DNA of 64,000 nt. Source: a virus. Taxonomy: Duplodnaviria; Caudoviricetes. Shown here in pieces: positions 27,706-38,628 of this stretch. The position numbers and the translations under genes are program-made. The stretch is taken from IMG/VR virus record IMGVR_UViG_3300027566_000003. One strand, 5' to 3'. The notes beneath the pieces are model-generated. The model searched no databases and had not been told where the DNA came from. It worked only from the letters and a program-made list of their open reading frames with translations. How positions within the stretch are numbered: position 1 is the first letter of the stretch; the number at the start of each line of letters is the position of its first letter.

Positions 27706-28340
27706 TTACTAGCATACCTCCCACAACTATTTTTCTCTGAGCAGAACCCATTTTCTTCGCATTTTGGTTTAGCATAACTCATAATTTTTAACCATTCATT
27801 ATCAATGTTGCCTGTAACGTTAATTAATTCTGTCATAAAATCTCTATATTCTTTCAATGCTCTTGTACATAATCTTACCAAAGCCATATCAATAATTGCT
27901 CTAGCATTAATTTTAAGAATAACTTTGCTATGCATTGCCAATGGAAGAACGTTGGCAGTATCTTCTTTAGGAATACCTAATTCTTCTAATCTTAAATATG
28001 CCATTGAAATATCTTGCATGATATTTTCATAAACATTAAGAGCTTTATCATTATTTTTGATTGATTCAGGGATATAATAATCAAATTCTCCATATTTTAT
28101 ATATCGTGTGCTTGCTTGCAATCTTGTAACCCCAATGATTTTTGTATATAGTTCACGAATCATACGGGCAGAATACCCGTCAATTTCAACGATAATGTCA
28201 GGATACTCCAATACCCTTCCGTGTCCTGATTCAATGCAGTCTATGCCTATCTGTGGGCTTGACGTACTATCCCAACAAAGACTAGCACATTCTCCCATTA
28301 ATGATAAAGGATTTTGTGTTGCTCTAATAACTTTAATCAT
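27699..28340 (-). CDS. thyX: FAD-dependent thymidylate synthase
   Basis: GHGRVLEY, SAR..REL, QASTRY, E....VLP, RLC.RA..E.R. Confidence 0.9.
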   Translation of the reverse strand: MIKVIRATQNPLSLMGECASLCWDSTSSPQIGIDCIESGHGRVLEYPDIIVEIDGYSARMIRELYTKIIGVTRLQASTRYIKYGEFDYYIPESIKNNDKALNVYENIMQDISMAYLRLEELGIPKEDTANVLPLAMHSKVILKINARAIIDMALVRLCTRALKEYRDFMTELINVTGNIDNEWLKIMSYAKPKCEENGFCSEKNSCGRYASKC

Positions 28341-28400
28341 ATGTAATCATCCTCTTTCCTTAATTTATTATTTTATTTATATATTATCGACCTACCAAAA

Positions 28401-30605
28401 TTATACCACATTAAACAACTTATTTTCAATAAAATTATTTTTATATTTATACAACCTAATTTCATCTCCTTTCTTTAAATAATTACCAATAGAATTAACG
28501 TTCCCCTTATAATACTCAGCACCCTCTAATCCACCCAACCCCTCAACACTAACAATATCCATTGGCACACACATTCCCATAAAACTGTCCTTCTTACTCT
28601 TTAAAACACTAACTCCTACAGAAATTTTACTTGATTTTACGGCAATTTGCTCAGTATTGATAATTAACACTTTATTAATACTACTCTTACACAATAAATC
28701 AATATCTTTTTCTAAGTGCAACATATTTACAATTTCACAATCTGTACTATAAGCATTAATTAATTTATTTCGGTTTGTTTTTGTTGCATATGAAGATAAA
28801 TTAATCTTAGCAATCTTTCCATTTTTAAAAGCAATTAACAGATAACCTGAATAATTAGTAGTAGAAATCATATAGATAATCTTTTCATCTTTGTCTAAGT
28901 CAATGATATTATTAATATAATCTCCAAGTAAAGATGTTTTTGAATCATTTATTTCATTGATTTTTAATTTATAAGCAATCTGTTTACTAGAGAATAAAAT
29001 TAAATCTGCTTTATTTGAAGTATCTAATTCTTGTGTTACTGCATCCCCTTCTTTTAGTTTTTGTAGATTTACACCTCTTAAAGAAGTTAATGGCACTTTT
29101 TTAAGATATCCTTCTTTTGTAAAGAATATTTTACAATTGTAATCATCAATGATTTCTTCTTCGACAATATTATCATTTTTATAAATTATTTTAGTTTTTC
29201 TTTCACGACTATGTTTTTTTATTACATCTTGTAGCTGCTCAATAATGACATTTTTAATCTTATTATCATCAGAACGTATATCTTCCAATCTAGTCAATTC
29301 TTTTTCAATATCATCAATATTTTTAATTCTCTTGATAATATAATCTTTATTGATATTGATAAGTCTAATTTGGCTAATATAATCAGCTTGAACATCATCA
29401 ATAGGAAAATTTTCCTTCAGTTTTTCAATTGCTTCTTGATCATTTTTAGATAAACGAATTAGTGATATTGCTTTATCTAAATCTAACAATATATTATGTA
29501 GTCCCTTAAGTAAATGTAATTGCTTTTTATTTTTATTTATATCAAATTCAAATTCATTTTTTATGCAATTAATCCTATGTTCGATCCATCTGTCATAAAT
29601 CATTTGTAAACTCATGAGGACTGGAGTTTTACAATCTAAATCTATCATTTGACAATTGAACGATAAACTAGATTCAAAGGGAGTGTATTTTCTTAACTTT
29701 GAAATAAACAAATTGATGTCAGTATTCTTTTTAAGATAAATGTCTAATTGAATACCTTGCATACCACTTGAATCATGAATATCAATAACTTCTTTAAATA
29801 ATCCTTTTTCATATGCTTTACGAAATTTTTCTTCAATATCTTCTATATATGTTCCTTGTGGCACTTCAGTAATAAATACTTTATTTTCTTTTTCATCGTA
29901 TACATAGTTCCCTATAACAGTAAAAGAACCAAGTCCAGTTGTATAAATTTTATAAAAAGTATTCTTGTCATAAATTATTTTTCCACCAATAGAAAAATCT
30001 GGACATTTAATAATACTAATTGCTTCATCAATATTATTATTTTGAATGTAAGAAATAATACTCAAACAAGTTTCCTCTAAGTTATGAGAGTACATTTTAC
30101 TTGCCTCTCCAACTGCAATACTTTGTGATGAATTAATTAGTGTATTTGGAATAATTGAGGGGAGCATAACTGGTTCATCTTCTGTATCATCAAAATTTCT
30201 TTTCATTGGAATTATACTTTTATCAATACCATTTAACATATCCTCGCTATATTTTGATAATCTACATTCAATATAACGAGGAGATGCCCCAACACCTTCT
30301 TTTTTTCTTTTGTCTCCAAAACTACCTTTAGGATCAAGATATAAATAATTAATGCCATTATTAGCCATGTTTTTCATAGCAGAAGCTAAAGGGAGATCAC
30401 CAAATACATAATATACCATAGAAAACGCGCTTGCTCTTAATAGTTTGATATATGGTTTATCACTTGATATTTTATTCTTGTGTAGTGCCCATAACACCTT
30501 ACGTTGCACTGGTAATAAACCATCAGCAACATTAGGTAAATTATTAAGTAATATTTCTCCAGCGTATGGTATAAATTCTGATTTCAACGTATCAATTATA
30601 TTCAC
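28401..30605 (-). CDS. gyrA: Type IIA topoisomerase subunit A (GyrA/ParC family, no GyrA-box seen)
   Basis: DGL.PVQR..L, ASPRY (catalytic Tyr), EP..LP...P..L.N, CPDF, ITEVP; C-terminal pinwheel repeats. Confidence 0.9.
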   Translation of the reverse strand: MNIIDTLKSEFIPYAGEILLNNLPNVADGLLPVQRKVLWALHKNKISSDKPYIKLLRASAFSMVYYVFGDLPLASAMKNMANNGINYLYLDPKGSFGDKRKKEGVGASPRYIECRLSKYSEDMLNGIDKSIIPMKRNFDDTEDEPVMLPSIIPNTLINSSQSIAVGEASKMYSHNLEETCLSIISYIQNNNIDEAISIIKCPDFSIGGKIIYDKNTFYKIYTTGLGSFTVIGNYVYDEKENKVFITEVPQGTYIEDIEEKFRKAYEKGLFKEVIDIHDSSGMQGIQLDIYLKKNTDINLFISKLRKYTPFESSLSFNCQMIDLDCKTPVLMSLQMIYDRWIEHRINCIKNEFEFDINKNKKQLHLLKGLHNILLDLDKAISLIRLSKNDQEAIEKLKENFPIDDVQADYISQIRLININKDYIIKRIKNIDDIEKELTRLEDIRSDDNKIKNVIIEQLQDVIKKHSRERKTKIIYKNDNIVEEEIIDDYNCKIFFTKEGYLKKVPLTSLRGVNLQKLKEGDAVTQELDTSNKADLILFSSKQIAYKLKINEINDSKTSLLGDYINNIIDLDKDEKIIYMISTTNYSGYLLIAFKNGKIAKINLSSYATKTNRNKLINAYSTDCEIVNMLHLEKDIDLLCKSSINKVLIINTEQIAVKSSKISVGVSVLKSKKDSFMGMCVPMDIVSVEGLGGLEGAEYYKGNVNSIGNYLKKGDEIRLYKYKNNFIENKLFNVV

Positions 30606-30615
30606 TTTTTATCTC

Positions 30616-32637
30616 CTATTCAATTTCATTAAGGTTGATGTTAACAATATTATCCCTAATAAATTTTTTCCTGTTTACAATATCATCTCCCATAAGCATA
30701 TCAAAGTAATATTTAATCATTTCTTCAGCACCTTCATACTCGATTGGTATAAATGTTTTTTTTCTAGCTTCTTCGCATAAGACATATTTATAAAAATCTT
30801 CTTTATTAAATTCTCCTAACCCTTTTTTAATACCAATATAATATGATTTGTTTTTAGATTTTAATTCATCAATTATAGTTTGCTTCTCTATTTCATTGTA
30901 GCAGAAAATAGTTTCGTTCTTTGTTACAACCTCATATCTAGGTGATATAACTAAATAAATTCTATTTTGCTTTAATAGTGTCGGGAAAAATTTATAGAAG
31001 AATGTAATAAGCGATAAATTAATTCCTTTTCCAAATGCATCTGCATCACATAAAATCCCAATATTAGCATATTTAAGATTATTAATATCAAAATAATCAA
31101 TATGTTTATATTTTTTTCGTTCATTGTATGGTATTTCGATTCCACAACCTAACGCTTGAATAATTTTTAATGCTGGCTCATTTTCTAATACTTTTGATAC
31201 GCTTGTTTTTAAACTATTGATAAATCTTCCTTTTAAACCGCAACATCCCATTATTCTAGCATCAATAGCATCTGATATGGTGGAATTAGCAGATACGCCC
31301 TCATCAATTAAGAAATATCGCTCTTCTAATTTAGAATTTCTCATATCACAGTGTTTAACACCTTCGATTTTTTGTGATAATGATGATTTTCCTCCACTAT
31401 TGCCTTGTAATTTTTTTTTAATATCCAATTTAGTTTGCTGTGCTTTATTATTTGCTCTTGAATTAATTAAAATTTGATTGACAATTTTATCTGCTTCTAA
31501 TTTATTTTCTGCAAAATATATTTCTAATTGCTGTTTTAACCAACTAGTGATATATTCTTGCATAAACTTAGACTCCATATCTTTTTTGGCTTGACCTAAG
31601 AACAAAGAAATTGTTGAATATGTGTCACTAATGATAACTAAACTGTCTTCAATATCATTGAAGTTGATTTTTTTATCTTGCTTTGAATATATATTATTAT
31701 CTTTCAAATATTTATCAATGGCATAAACGAATGAAGTTTTGATATATAACTCTGGTGTGCCCCCATTTTCAAGGAATGAAGAATTGTGATAGCATTCTAT
31801 AATATTCACTTCATTATTAAAACAAAATGATATTTCAGCTTTAATTTTATATTCATCACTTTCTTCATTATCCTTGCCTGTTGCTTCAGTTTTGAATTGA
31901 ATTATATCACTAATATTTTTATCATCGTTGATTTCTTTAATATAGTCTAAGACACCATTCTCATAATAAAATGTAAGCACAGTATCATTGATCTCATTGA
32001 TAAACTCGAATTGCAATCCTGCATTGACAATAGATTGCTGTTTTAAAATCTTTTCTATAAAAGAAGAGTCAATATTACTTTCTCCTCTAAAAACTTCTTT
32101 AGATGGCAACCAATGAATAATTGTTCCTGTATAATCTAAATCATGTTTGGTTTTTTCTAATTGTCCTTGTAGAACTCCATTTTCATATCGTATATAATAT
32201 TGACAACCTTTATTGCTAATTGCAGTTGCTTCAAGAAAATCGCTAGTGTAATTTGTGCCAGTACAACCGATGCCGTTTGTGCCTAGACTATATATGTAAT
32301 TACCATTTGATTGATTATTGTTGTATTTCCCACCACTCCACAATTCATCAAAAACCTTTTTATAAGCATATTCTCCTTTAGAATTTTTATCCATAGGAAC
32401 AGACCTACCAAAGTCCTGTATTGTAATTGAATTATCTTTATGTTTAGTTATGATTATTTTGCTCCCATAACCACCACGACTTTCATCAAGTGAATTTCCT
32501 AGTATTTCTAGAAATCCATGTTGATGATTCTCCATACCTATAGATGCAGGTTTTGCTCTAACCCCACCCAATATGCCCAATGAATCTAACGAATCTGGAT
32601 TATATGTATTTTGATTATTGTGTTCTATAATAAACAT
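30616..32637 (-). CDS. gyrB: Type IIA topoisomerase subunit B (GyrB/ParE family)
   Basis: GHKL motifs EILGNSLDE, QDFGR, GGK, GTNGIG; TOPRIM DEGVSA, LKGR, DADAFG, KGLGE. Confidence 0.9.
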   Translation of the reverse strand: MFIIEHNNQNTYNPDSLDSLGILGGVRAKPASIGMENHQHGFLEILGNSLDESRGGYGSKIIITKHKDNSITIQDFGRSVPMDKNSKGEYAYKKVFDELWSGGKYNNNQSNGNYIYSLGTNGIGCTGTNYTSDFLEATAISNKGCQYYIRYENGVLQGQLEKTKHDLDYTGTIIHWLPSKEVFRGESNIDSSFIEKILKQQSIVNAGLQFEFINEINDTVLTFYYENGVLDYIKEINDDKNISDIIQFKTEATGKDNEESDEYKIKAEISFCFNNEVNIIECYHNSSFLENGGTPELYIKTSFVYAIDKYLKDNNIYSKQDKKINFNDIEDSLVIISDTYSTISLFLGQAKKDMESKFMQEYITSWLKQQLEIYFAENKLEADKIVNQILINSRANNKAQQTKLDIKKKLQGNSGGKSSLSQKIEGVKHCDMRNSKLEERYFLIDEGVSANSTISDAIDARIMGCCGLKGRFINSLKTSVSKVLENEPALKIIQALGCGIEIPYNERKKYKHIDYFDINNLKYANIGILCDADAFGKGINLSLITFFYKFFPTLLKQNRIYLVISPRYEVVTKNETIFCYNEIEKQTIIDELKSKNKSYYIGIKKGLGEFNKEDFYKYVLCEEARKKTFIPIEYEGAEEMIKYYFDMLMGDDIVNRKKFIRDNIVNINLNEIE

Positions 32638-32664
32638 TCCTTTCCATGCCCATATGATAAGTTA

Positions 32665-32693
32665 ATTATATCTTACTTTAACAATTTAATCAA
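32665..32693 (-). promoter_or_regulatory. SigA-type promoter of the topoisomerase genes
   Basis: TTGATT, 17-nt spacer, TATAAT on the minus strand. Confidence 0.65.
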
Positions 32694-33454
32694 TAAATAT
32701 AATTTTGATTAATAACAATAAATCAATACTGAACAAATCCCACCACATTTTCATCAACCCAATTATCGTCAAGAAGTCTAACATATGTAAAAATATCATT
32801 ATCTCTAATATTCCTATACAAAACTAAAATACTATGATCATGTTCACTTACTTGCCAATTTGAAAAACATAAACTTATATTCTCATTAATAACTAAAATA
32901 TATCCATTGTAATAATACTCATCAATGAATTTAATTTCTGCATCATTTACTACAACATTTAATAAGATTCCTAAATCTCCTTCTGCATTAGCAGATTCAA
33001 TTTGAATTTGTGTTCCAATTACTTTTTTCATGAAGAAATCTAAATTAAATTCTTGAAATTCATCCATTTAAAACAACCCCAATCTTTTTATTTTTGTCTT
33101 TAATTTACCGCATTTGAAGCATATGTAGTGAATAAATTTATGAGATTTTGTGTATTTGGATTCAATATGGATATAATTGTGGATACAGAATAGTTGTTTG
33201 ATGAATTTTATGATGGGTTTAAATATTCTAATAGTCATCATTTATTTCTCGTTTGATAAAATTTGGTCTTATATTTGATTCTTTTGGTCTATTTGGTGAA
33301 TTACAATCACAACAAAAACATTTACATTTAATATTACAGAATTTTGTATTACATCCGAAATAATTTTCTATACGTTGTTTTAAATCATTCCAATGAATGC
33401 AATCTGTGCAAGATACTGTGGGATTTTTGTTTGACATTTTTCATTTCTCCTTAT

Positions 33455-33886
33455 TTAATAATCCTCTTCATCTTCATCCAAACCTAATTCTCTTTCATAA
33501 AATCTAACTTTATCTGCTAATTCGTTTTCCAACTTATAAATTTTATTTTGTAAATATTCTTCAATTAATACCCCTGTGTTCGGAATAATTTGTTTACATC
33601 TGTCATCATATAATTCAATCATCCCATAATCTTTTTCTGATGTAACTTCTAATACCTGACCAATATGTTTTTCACACCATTTATTAATAATATATAAAGA
33701 ATATATTCTCTCGGGATTGTTACTCGAAACTCTTGCCGTAAATATCTTTACATTTCTACCTTCATTTAACCATTCTTTTACTCTGTTTAACATTAGAGGT
33801 ATTGGTTCTCCTATATGTTCTGATCCTCTCCATTTATCATATTTTGCTAAAGTTCTATCTAAGTCCACGCCTATCCAACCATTCAT
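33455..33886 (-). CDS. HAD-family phosphatase (polynucleotide 3'-phosphatase-like)
   Basis: IGVDLDRTLA, IFTAR, LYDDR. Confidence 0.7.
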   Translation of the reverse strand: MNGWIGVDLDRTLAKYDKWRGSEHIGEPIPLMLNRVKEWLNEGRNVKIFTARVSSNNPERIYSLYIINKWCEKHIGQVLEVTSEKDYGMIELYDDRCKQIIPNTGVLIEEYLQNKIYKLENELADKVRFYERELGLDEDEEDY

Positions 33887-34731
33887 TTTTTATATTCATC
33901 CTTTCTTAATTAACATAGAATTTATCTTTTCTGGGAACTAATCTTCTATAAGATTCTCTAATTGGGTTGGATAATCTTTTCTTTCTAAACTAGTTTTAAT
34001 AATATTTACTCTATTGCTAATTATATCTTTTAAAAATAGAATGCATTCTGCCCAAGTATCATCTATGTCATTAAATGCTTTGCCATCAACATATAGTAAG
34101 CAATCATCAAGGTCATTTATTAATATAGTTAATTCTCTCATGTAATTCTCCTTTTCAATCAACACGAAATAGGTTCTTTATCGGGTTGCTTTAAGCGAAG
34201 GCAGATAATAGTCAAGACTATACGCCTTAATATCTAACACATCTGAGCATCCTATCTCCTGACTATGAGTTAATTGTACTATTGCAAAGTAATTATTGCC
34301 AAATTTTATGTAATCTTGATGTCTAATCTCAATTGTTTTATAATGTTTATTTATCCAATAAGCAAGTTTTAGTAAATATTTTTTAATCATTTGTAATATC
34401 TCCTTTCCGATAAATTCATTATTTCTCAGGATTACATTACATCTCTTTTCATATAGTCATTTATAATATCTCTTAATCTCTGCTCAATCTCTTTATTCCA
34501 AAACCAAGTAGGAGTATCAAAATTTGCTATTCTTTCACATGCTTCACAGTCATGCATAGATTGGGCAGTACCTAGAGACTCATGCTCTATCTTACCTTGA
34601 TTTATATAATAATTGCATCCAGACCATTTAAAATTTGTTTCTTGTGGATAATGTTTAAGATAATCTGCATTAAGTTCATCTAATTCTTCTTGTGTTGTAA
34701 TTTTATATGTGGTCAATATAATTCACCTCCT

Positions 34732-35424
34732 TTACAAATTTACTCTAACAGTAAAATCAGCATAATAAGTAGTCGTTCCTGCTCTATTATCCTCACACCA
34801 TTTATCTAACAACATCTGTAATTCTTTTTGGTCTTCATCTGAGATATTATCCATTGCATCTTCATGTAAGTCACTACAAGCATTTTCAATAATATCATAA
34901 GCATCTATAGACAATTCAATTGCTTGTGTCCCATAAACTCTTAATGACGCTACCTCATTTTCCTCATAACCTTTGTCATGTATCCATTCTTCAAAATCTT
35001 CGACATTAATATATTTATCATGACTATGACTATAAAGCATTTCGTATTTTTCACTTGCTTCTTCAAATGATATTTTCTTTGCGTTGTTCCATGTTTCTAA
35101 ATCTTTATCATGTCTTTCTTTAATACGCTCTTGTACAACATATTCACAATTACACTGAGATGAACTTCTATCTAATATTTTTCCGCAATATAAACATTTA
35201 CTTTGTACACCTCTATAACAATGTCTACAACCTGTGATTGTTTGTTGTTTATATGGAAAATGAACTTTATTATTTTCACTTTTAAGTCCGAAAGGATGAT
35301 CATCTATTTGAAGTCCTGTGCCTCCACAGTGGGAGCAGATAACTTCATGTTCTTGTAAGTCTTTTTGAAGTTTTAAGTTGAATGATACGCCTACTAATTC
35401 GGTTCTAATTGTCATTTTATTCAT
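34732..35424 (-). CDS. DnaJ-type zinc-finger-containing hypothetical protein
   Basis: CSHCGGTG and CRHCYRG motifs. Confidence 0.5.
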   Translation of the reverse strand: MNKMTIRTELVGVSFNLKLQKDLQEHEVICSHCGGTGLQIDDHPFGLKSENNKVHFPYKQQTITGCRHCYRGVQSKCLYCGKILDRSSSQCNCEYVVQERIKERHDKDLETWNNAKKISFEEASEKYEMLYSHSHDKYINVEDFEEWIHDKGYEENEVASLRVYGTQAIELSIDAYDIIENACSDLHEDAMDNISDEDQKELQMLLDKWCEDNRAGTTTYYADFTVRVNL

Positions 35425-36306
35425 CTCCTTTATATGAGTTAAACTATTTCTCCATCTGCTTCAATTTCATTTAATTTACATTCAATATAGTCAATTATTT
35501 CATTTGGGTATTTATTTTTAAGTTTCTCTTCTGCTTTATCAACTTCCCATTTACTATTACAAACCCCATATACATTACCTTTTAAATCTACAACTACATA
35601 AACCGTCATAAAATTTCTCCTTTTTAAGATATTACAAAACTATCATTTTTTCGGATTTAGCAAACTTCATAAGGTGATACATAAAACATCTCTGGTTTAT
35701 AATCTGCATAAGTAACAGTTCTCTTCTGATAATAAACTTTCATATCACTATTGTCTCTTGGGGTAAACCAATAATACTTTTCTCCACCATACTTAGGATC
35801 GTTGATTCTATATTCTTGACCTTTTCTAACTTTAAGATTATCTTCAACAACTTGTTCTACATCAAATTCAATAAATGCACCATAGTCACCTATGACTATA
35901 CGATTGTAACCAGTTGCTATTAGTGTCCCATTTAAACTATGTATTTTGAAATTTATATTGCCATTTATATTTAATTCTGAAGGTAGGTTATCTAGATATT
36001 TTTGTCTAACTTCTGCCGACAAAGTTTTATTTAATTTGCGATATGCTAATTCTTCTTGAAATTTTAGTAGATTTTCGATATGGAAACCTCCTTTCTTTAT
36101 GAGATAAATTTATCAGTTTAACTCATCTCTGATGTGTTTGATAAAATCAGAAACCATACATATTTCACATTCTAAACCATGACAAATTATCATTTCTGTT
36201 GAAGGACAATATTCACAATTTTGCTTACAAGAATTATCTTCTTTTTGTTTATTTGGGCAATACCATTTACAAAATTGTTCTTTAAGTTCTAATAATTTAT
36301 CTTCCA

Positions 36307-36621
36307 TCATTCACCATCTCTAATAAACTCAATGATATCTTGCATTGCATAGGTTCTTAAAGCATCTTTTTCTACATCAAACACTTCTAGTAACCACTGG
36401 TCTTCTTTATGAAAATCAGTACGCCCAAAGAACACTTTTGCAGGGATAATAGTTCTGATTGATGTTTCATTACGCCAGTTTTTGTATTTTACTTTGATTG
36501 GGACACATGGATTATAATGAGGGCATGAATCTTTATGATTTAGTAAACATCCTTCTCCAAATGGTTCTTCCCAGTCAGGAGAATAACAAACTCCGCTATC
36601 AAAATGTGTACATGGGTTCAT
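36307..36621 (-). CDS. Stand-alone WYL-like domain protein
   Basis: KYKNWRNE...R.I.P......QWLLEVFDVEKDA.RTY....I. Confidence 0.65.
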   Translation of the reverse strand: MNPCTHFDSGVCYSPDWEEPFGEGCLLNHKDSCPHYNPCVPIKVKYKNWRNETSIRTIIPAKVFFGRTDFHKEDQWLLEVFDVEKDALRTYAMQDIIEFIRDGE

Positions 36622-38166
36622 ATTAATGCACCTCCTTTTAAAATCCTTCTTCTACTCTTCCACCAAAGATTAAATAAACTGCTTCTAAACCATCTTTTAA
36701 ACCTTTAATATAACATGATTCATCTATATTTAATTCTTCATTACTTCTTCCGTTTTGAAGTGACTCAATTATTTTATATATAAATGTTCTATATTCTTTA
36801 ACATCTGATTTATAAAATTCAAGTGCTTCATCAAATGTAAATAAATTAACATCGAACTTTTCCTCAATTGGTTTTAATGCTTTGATTAATTTTTTATCCA
36901 TCATAAAATTTACCTCTTTCTTAAATAACATAGAATTCCATTTTCATTGGGTTTGTGAAACCCCCAAACCCGCATGGTATAAGGGTTTCACTTTTTGAAT
37001 TTATACGTTTATGTGTAAATTATAAACAGTTTTACTATTAGATACATCAATCATAAATTGAAAGTCTTTCTTAAGATAATCTCTCATTCTCAATTTTGCA
37101 TATTTTATCAGTAATCTTAATATAAGCATCATTCAAACATCTGTACTGATTATATTCTTTTTTACATTTATCTTTAAGTTTATGTAAATCTTTTAATTCT
37201 TTAATCAAATTTTCTAAAAAATCTTCTATAAACTTAATATCCTCTGATTCTAATCCATAATTCAACATCATTTTATTGAAATTATCATACGTATTCATAA
37301 GAGTATTTACCATACTCCTATACGGTCTAAAATCCATTACATAACATCAAATAATTCTTTCGTCTCCAATAATATCATGTGTAAAATTTGTCATTTCATT
37401 TAATTCTTCTTTGTTTCTGATATTTTTTATTTCATTTACCATATACTTAATATCTTCCTTGATTGTTTTAATCATAATTTCTTTCATGTTTTTACTCCTT
37501 CTTGCGTTTGGACGCAACCCTTATTTTTTATTTATTGTTTACATATATTGTTTTTAGAACATATCAACTAAGAATATCCGCCATGTATATTGAATATCAT
37601 AGTATTTTCACATCCTTTCAATATAATAAGGATAAACTGAATACCTATCCATATGCAATCTGCATAATTATTTCTCCTTTTAACTTATTTTTCAATCTCA
37701 TACTCAATTTTTAAATCGAATTCTTTACGACAATTAGGGCATTTACAATTAAAAACTTCAATCTCATATCCATTCTCTTCATAAAAATCTTTAGAGTCAT
37801 AAACTCTATAAAAATTTCTTTCACCACAATTAGGACATTTTTCTGATATTGTTGTATTACTCCATACTGTATTATTTGGGTTATCATTATTTACTGAATA
37901 AATTGTTCGCATTTCTCCGCAAAAATCACCTTCAAATGGAACTATAAAAGTCAATTTAATCTTCCTCCTCTTCATTAGTATCATTTATAACATTGACACT
38001 ATTGGTTATCCCATTATCTCCCAATATTTCATGGATGTCATGTGCTATATCTTTAGCATCTTTTTCAGAATCTACTTCTATGTAGATTTGTAAAATGAAA
38101 TACATATGCTTACTCCTTTTTAAAATCCTTGGAAATGTTTATTTCTTGGCAAGTAAGGGAAAGCAA

Positions 38167-38595
38167 CTATGCTCTCCCACTACTCCCATATCCTCCACGA
38201 TCTTTATCGCCCAAAGTTTTTACTTCTTCAAATTCAATTTCTGGCATTTTTTCAACAATTCTAAATTGGCAAATTCTATCATTAATTTTTATTTCTGTAT
38301 CTCGTAAAGCATAAGCAGGGAAAAACCATTGATCATTATTACCTTTAAATGATTCATCGACTACGCCTTGATGGTTAGTTTGAATTACTCCAAAATGTTT
38401 AAATGTACTTCCTCTCGGTACAATGTGTGCTTCGTTATTTTTCGGAAGTTCCATTCCTACTCCTAGAGGAATTAATTTAAATTCTCCTGCTTTAAGAATA
38501 CAATTAATTGCTGAACGTAGATCAATCCAATCACCATTTTTGAATTTTGTTAATTTATTAATTTGATCACTAAAGTATTTAATTTTAATTTTCAT
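38167..38595 (-). CDS. dut: Trimeric dUTPase
   Basis: [28 protein letters not shown]. Confidence 0.92.
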   Translation of the reverse strand: MKIKIKYFSDQINKLTKFKNGDWIDLRSAINCILKAGEFKLIPLGVGMELPKNNEAHIVPRGSTFKHFGVIQTNHQGVVDESFKGNNDQWFFPAYALRDTEIKINDRICQFRIVEKMPEIEFEEVKTLGDKDRGGYGSSGRA

Positions 38596-38628
38596 ATATG
38601 TATTACCTCGCTTTTATTATTTATTAAC

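Larger units (their letters stand above)
32723..38000 (-). other. Cluster of small early/middle phage ORFs, mostly hypothetical
   Basis: Tightly packed co-oriented ORFs with strong RBSs. Confidence 0.6.
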
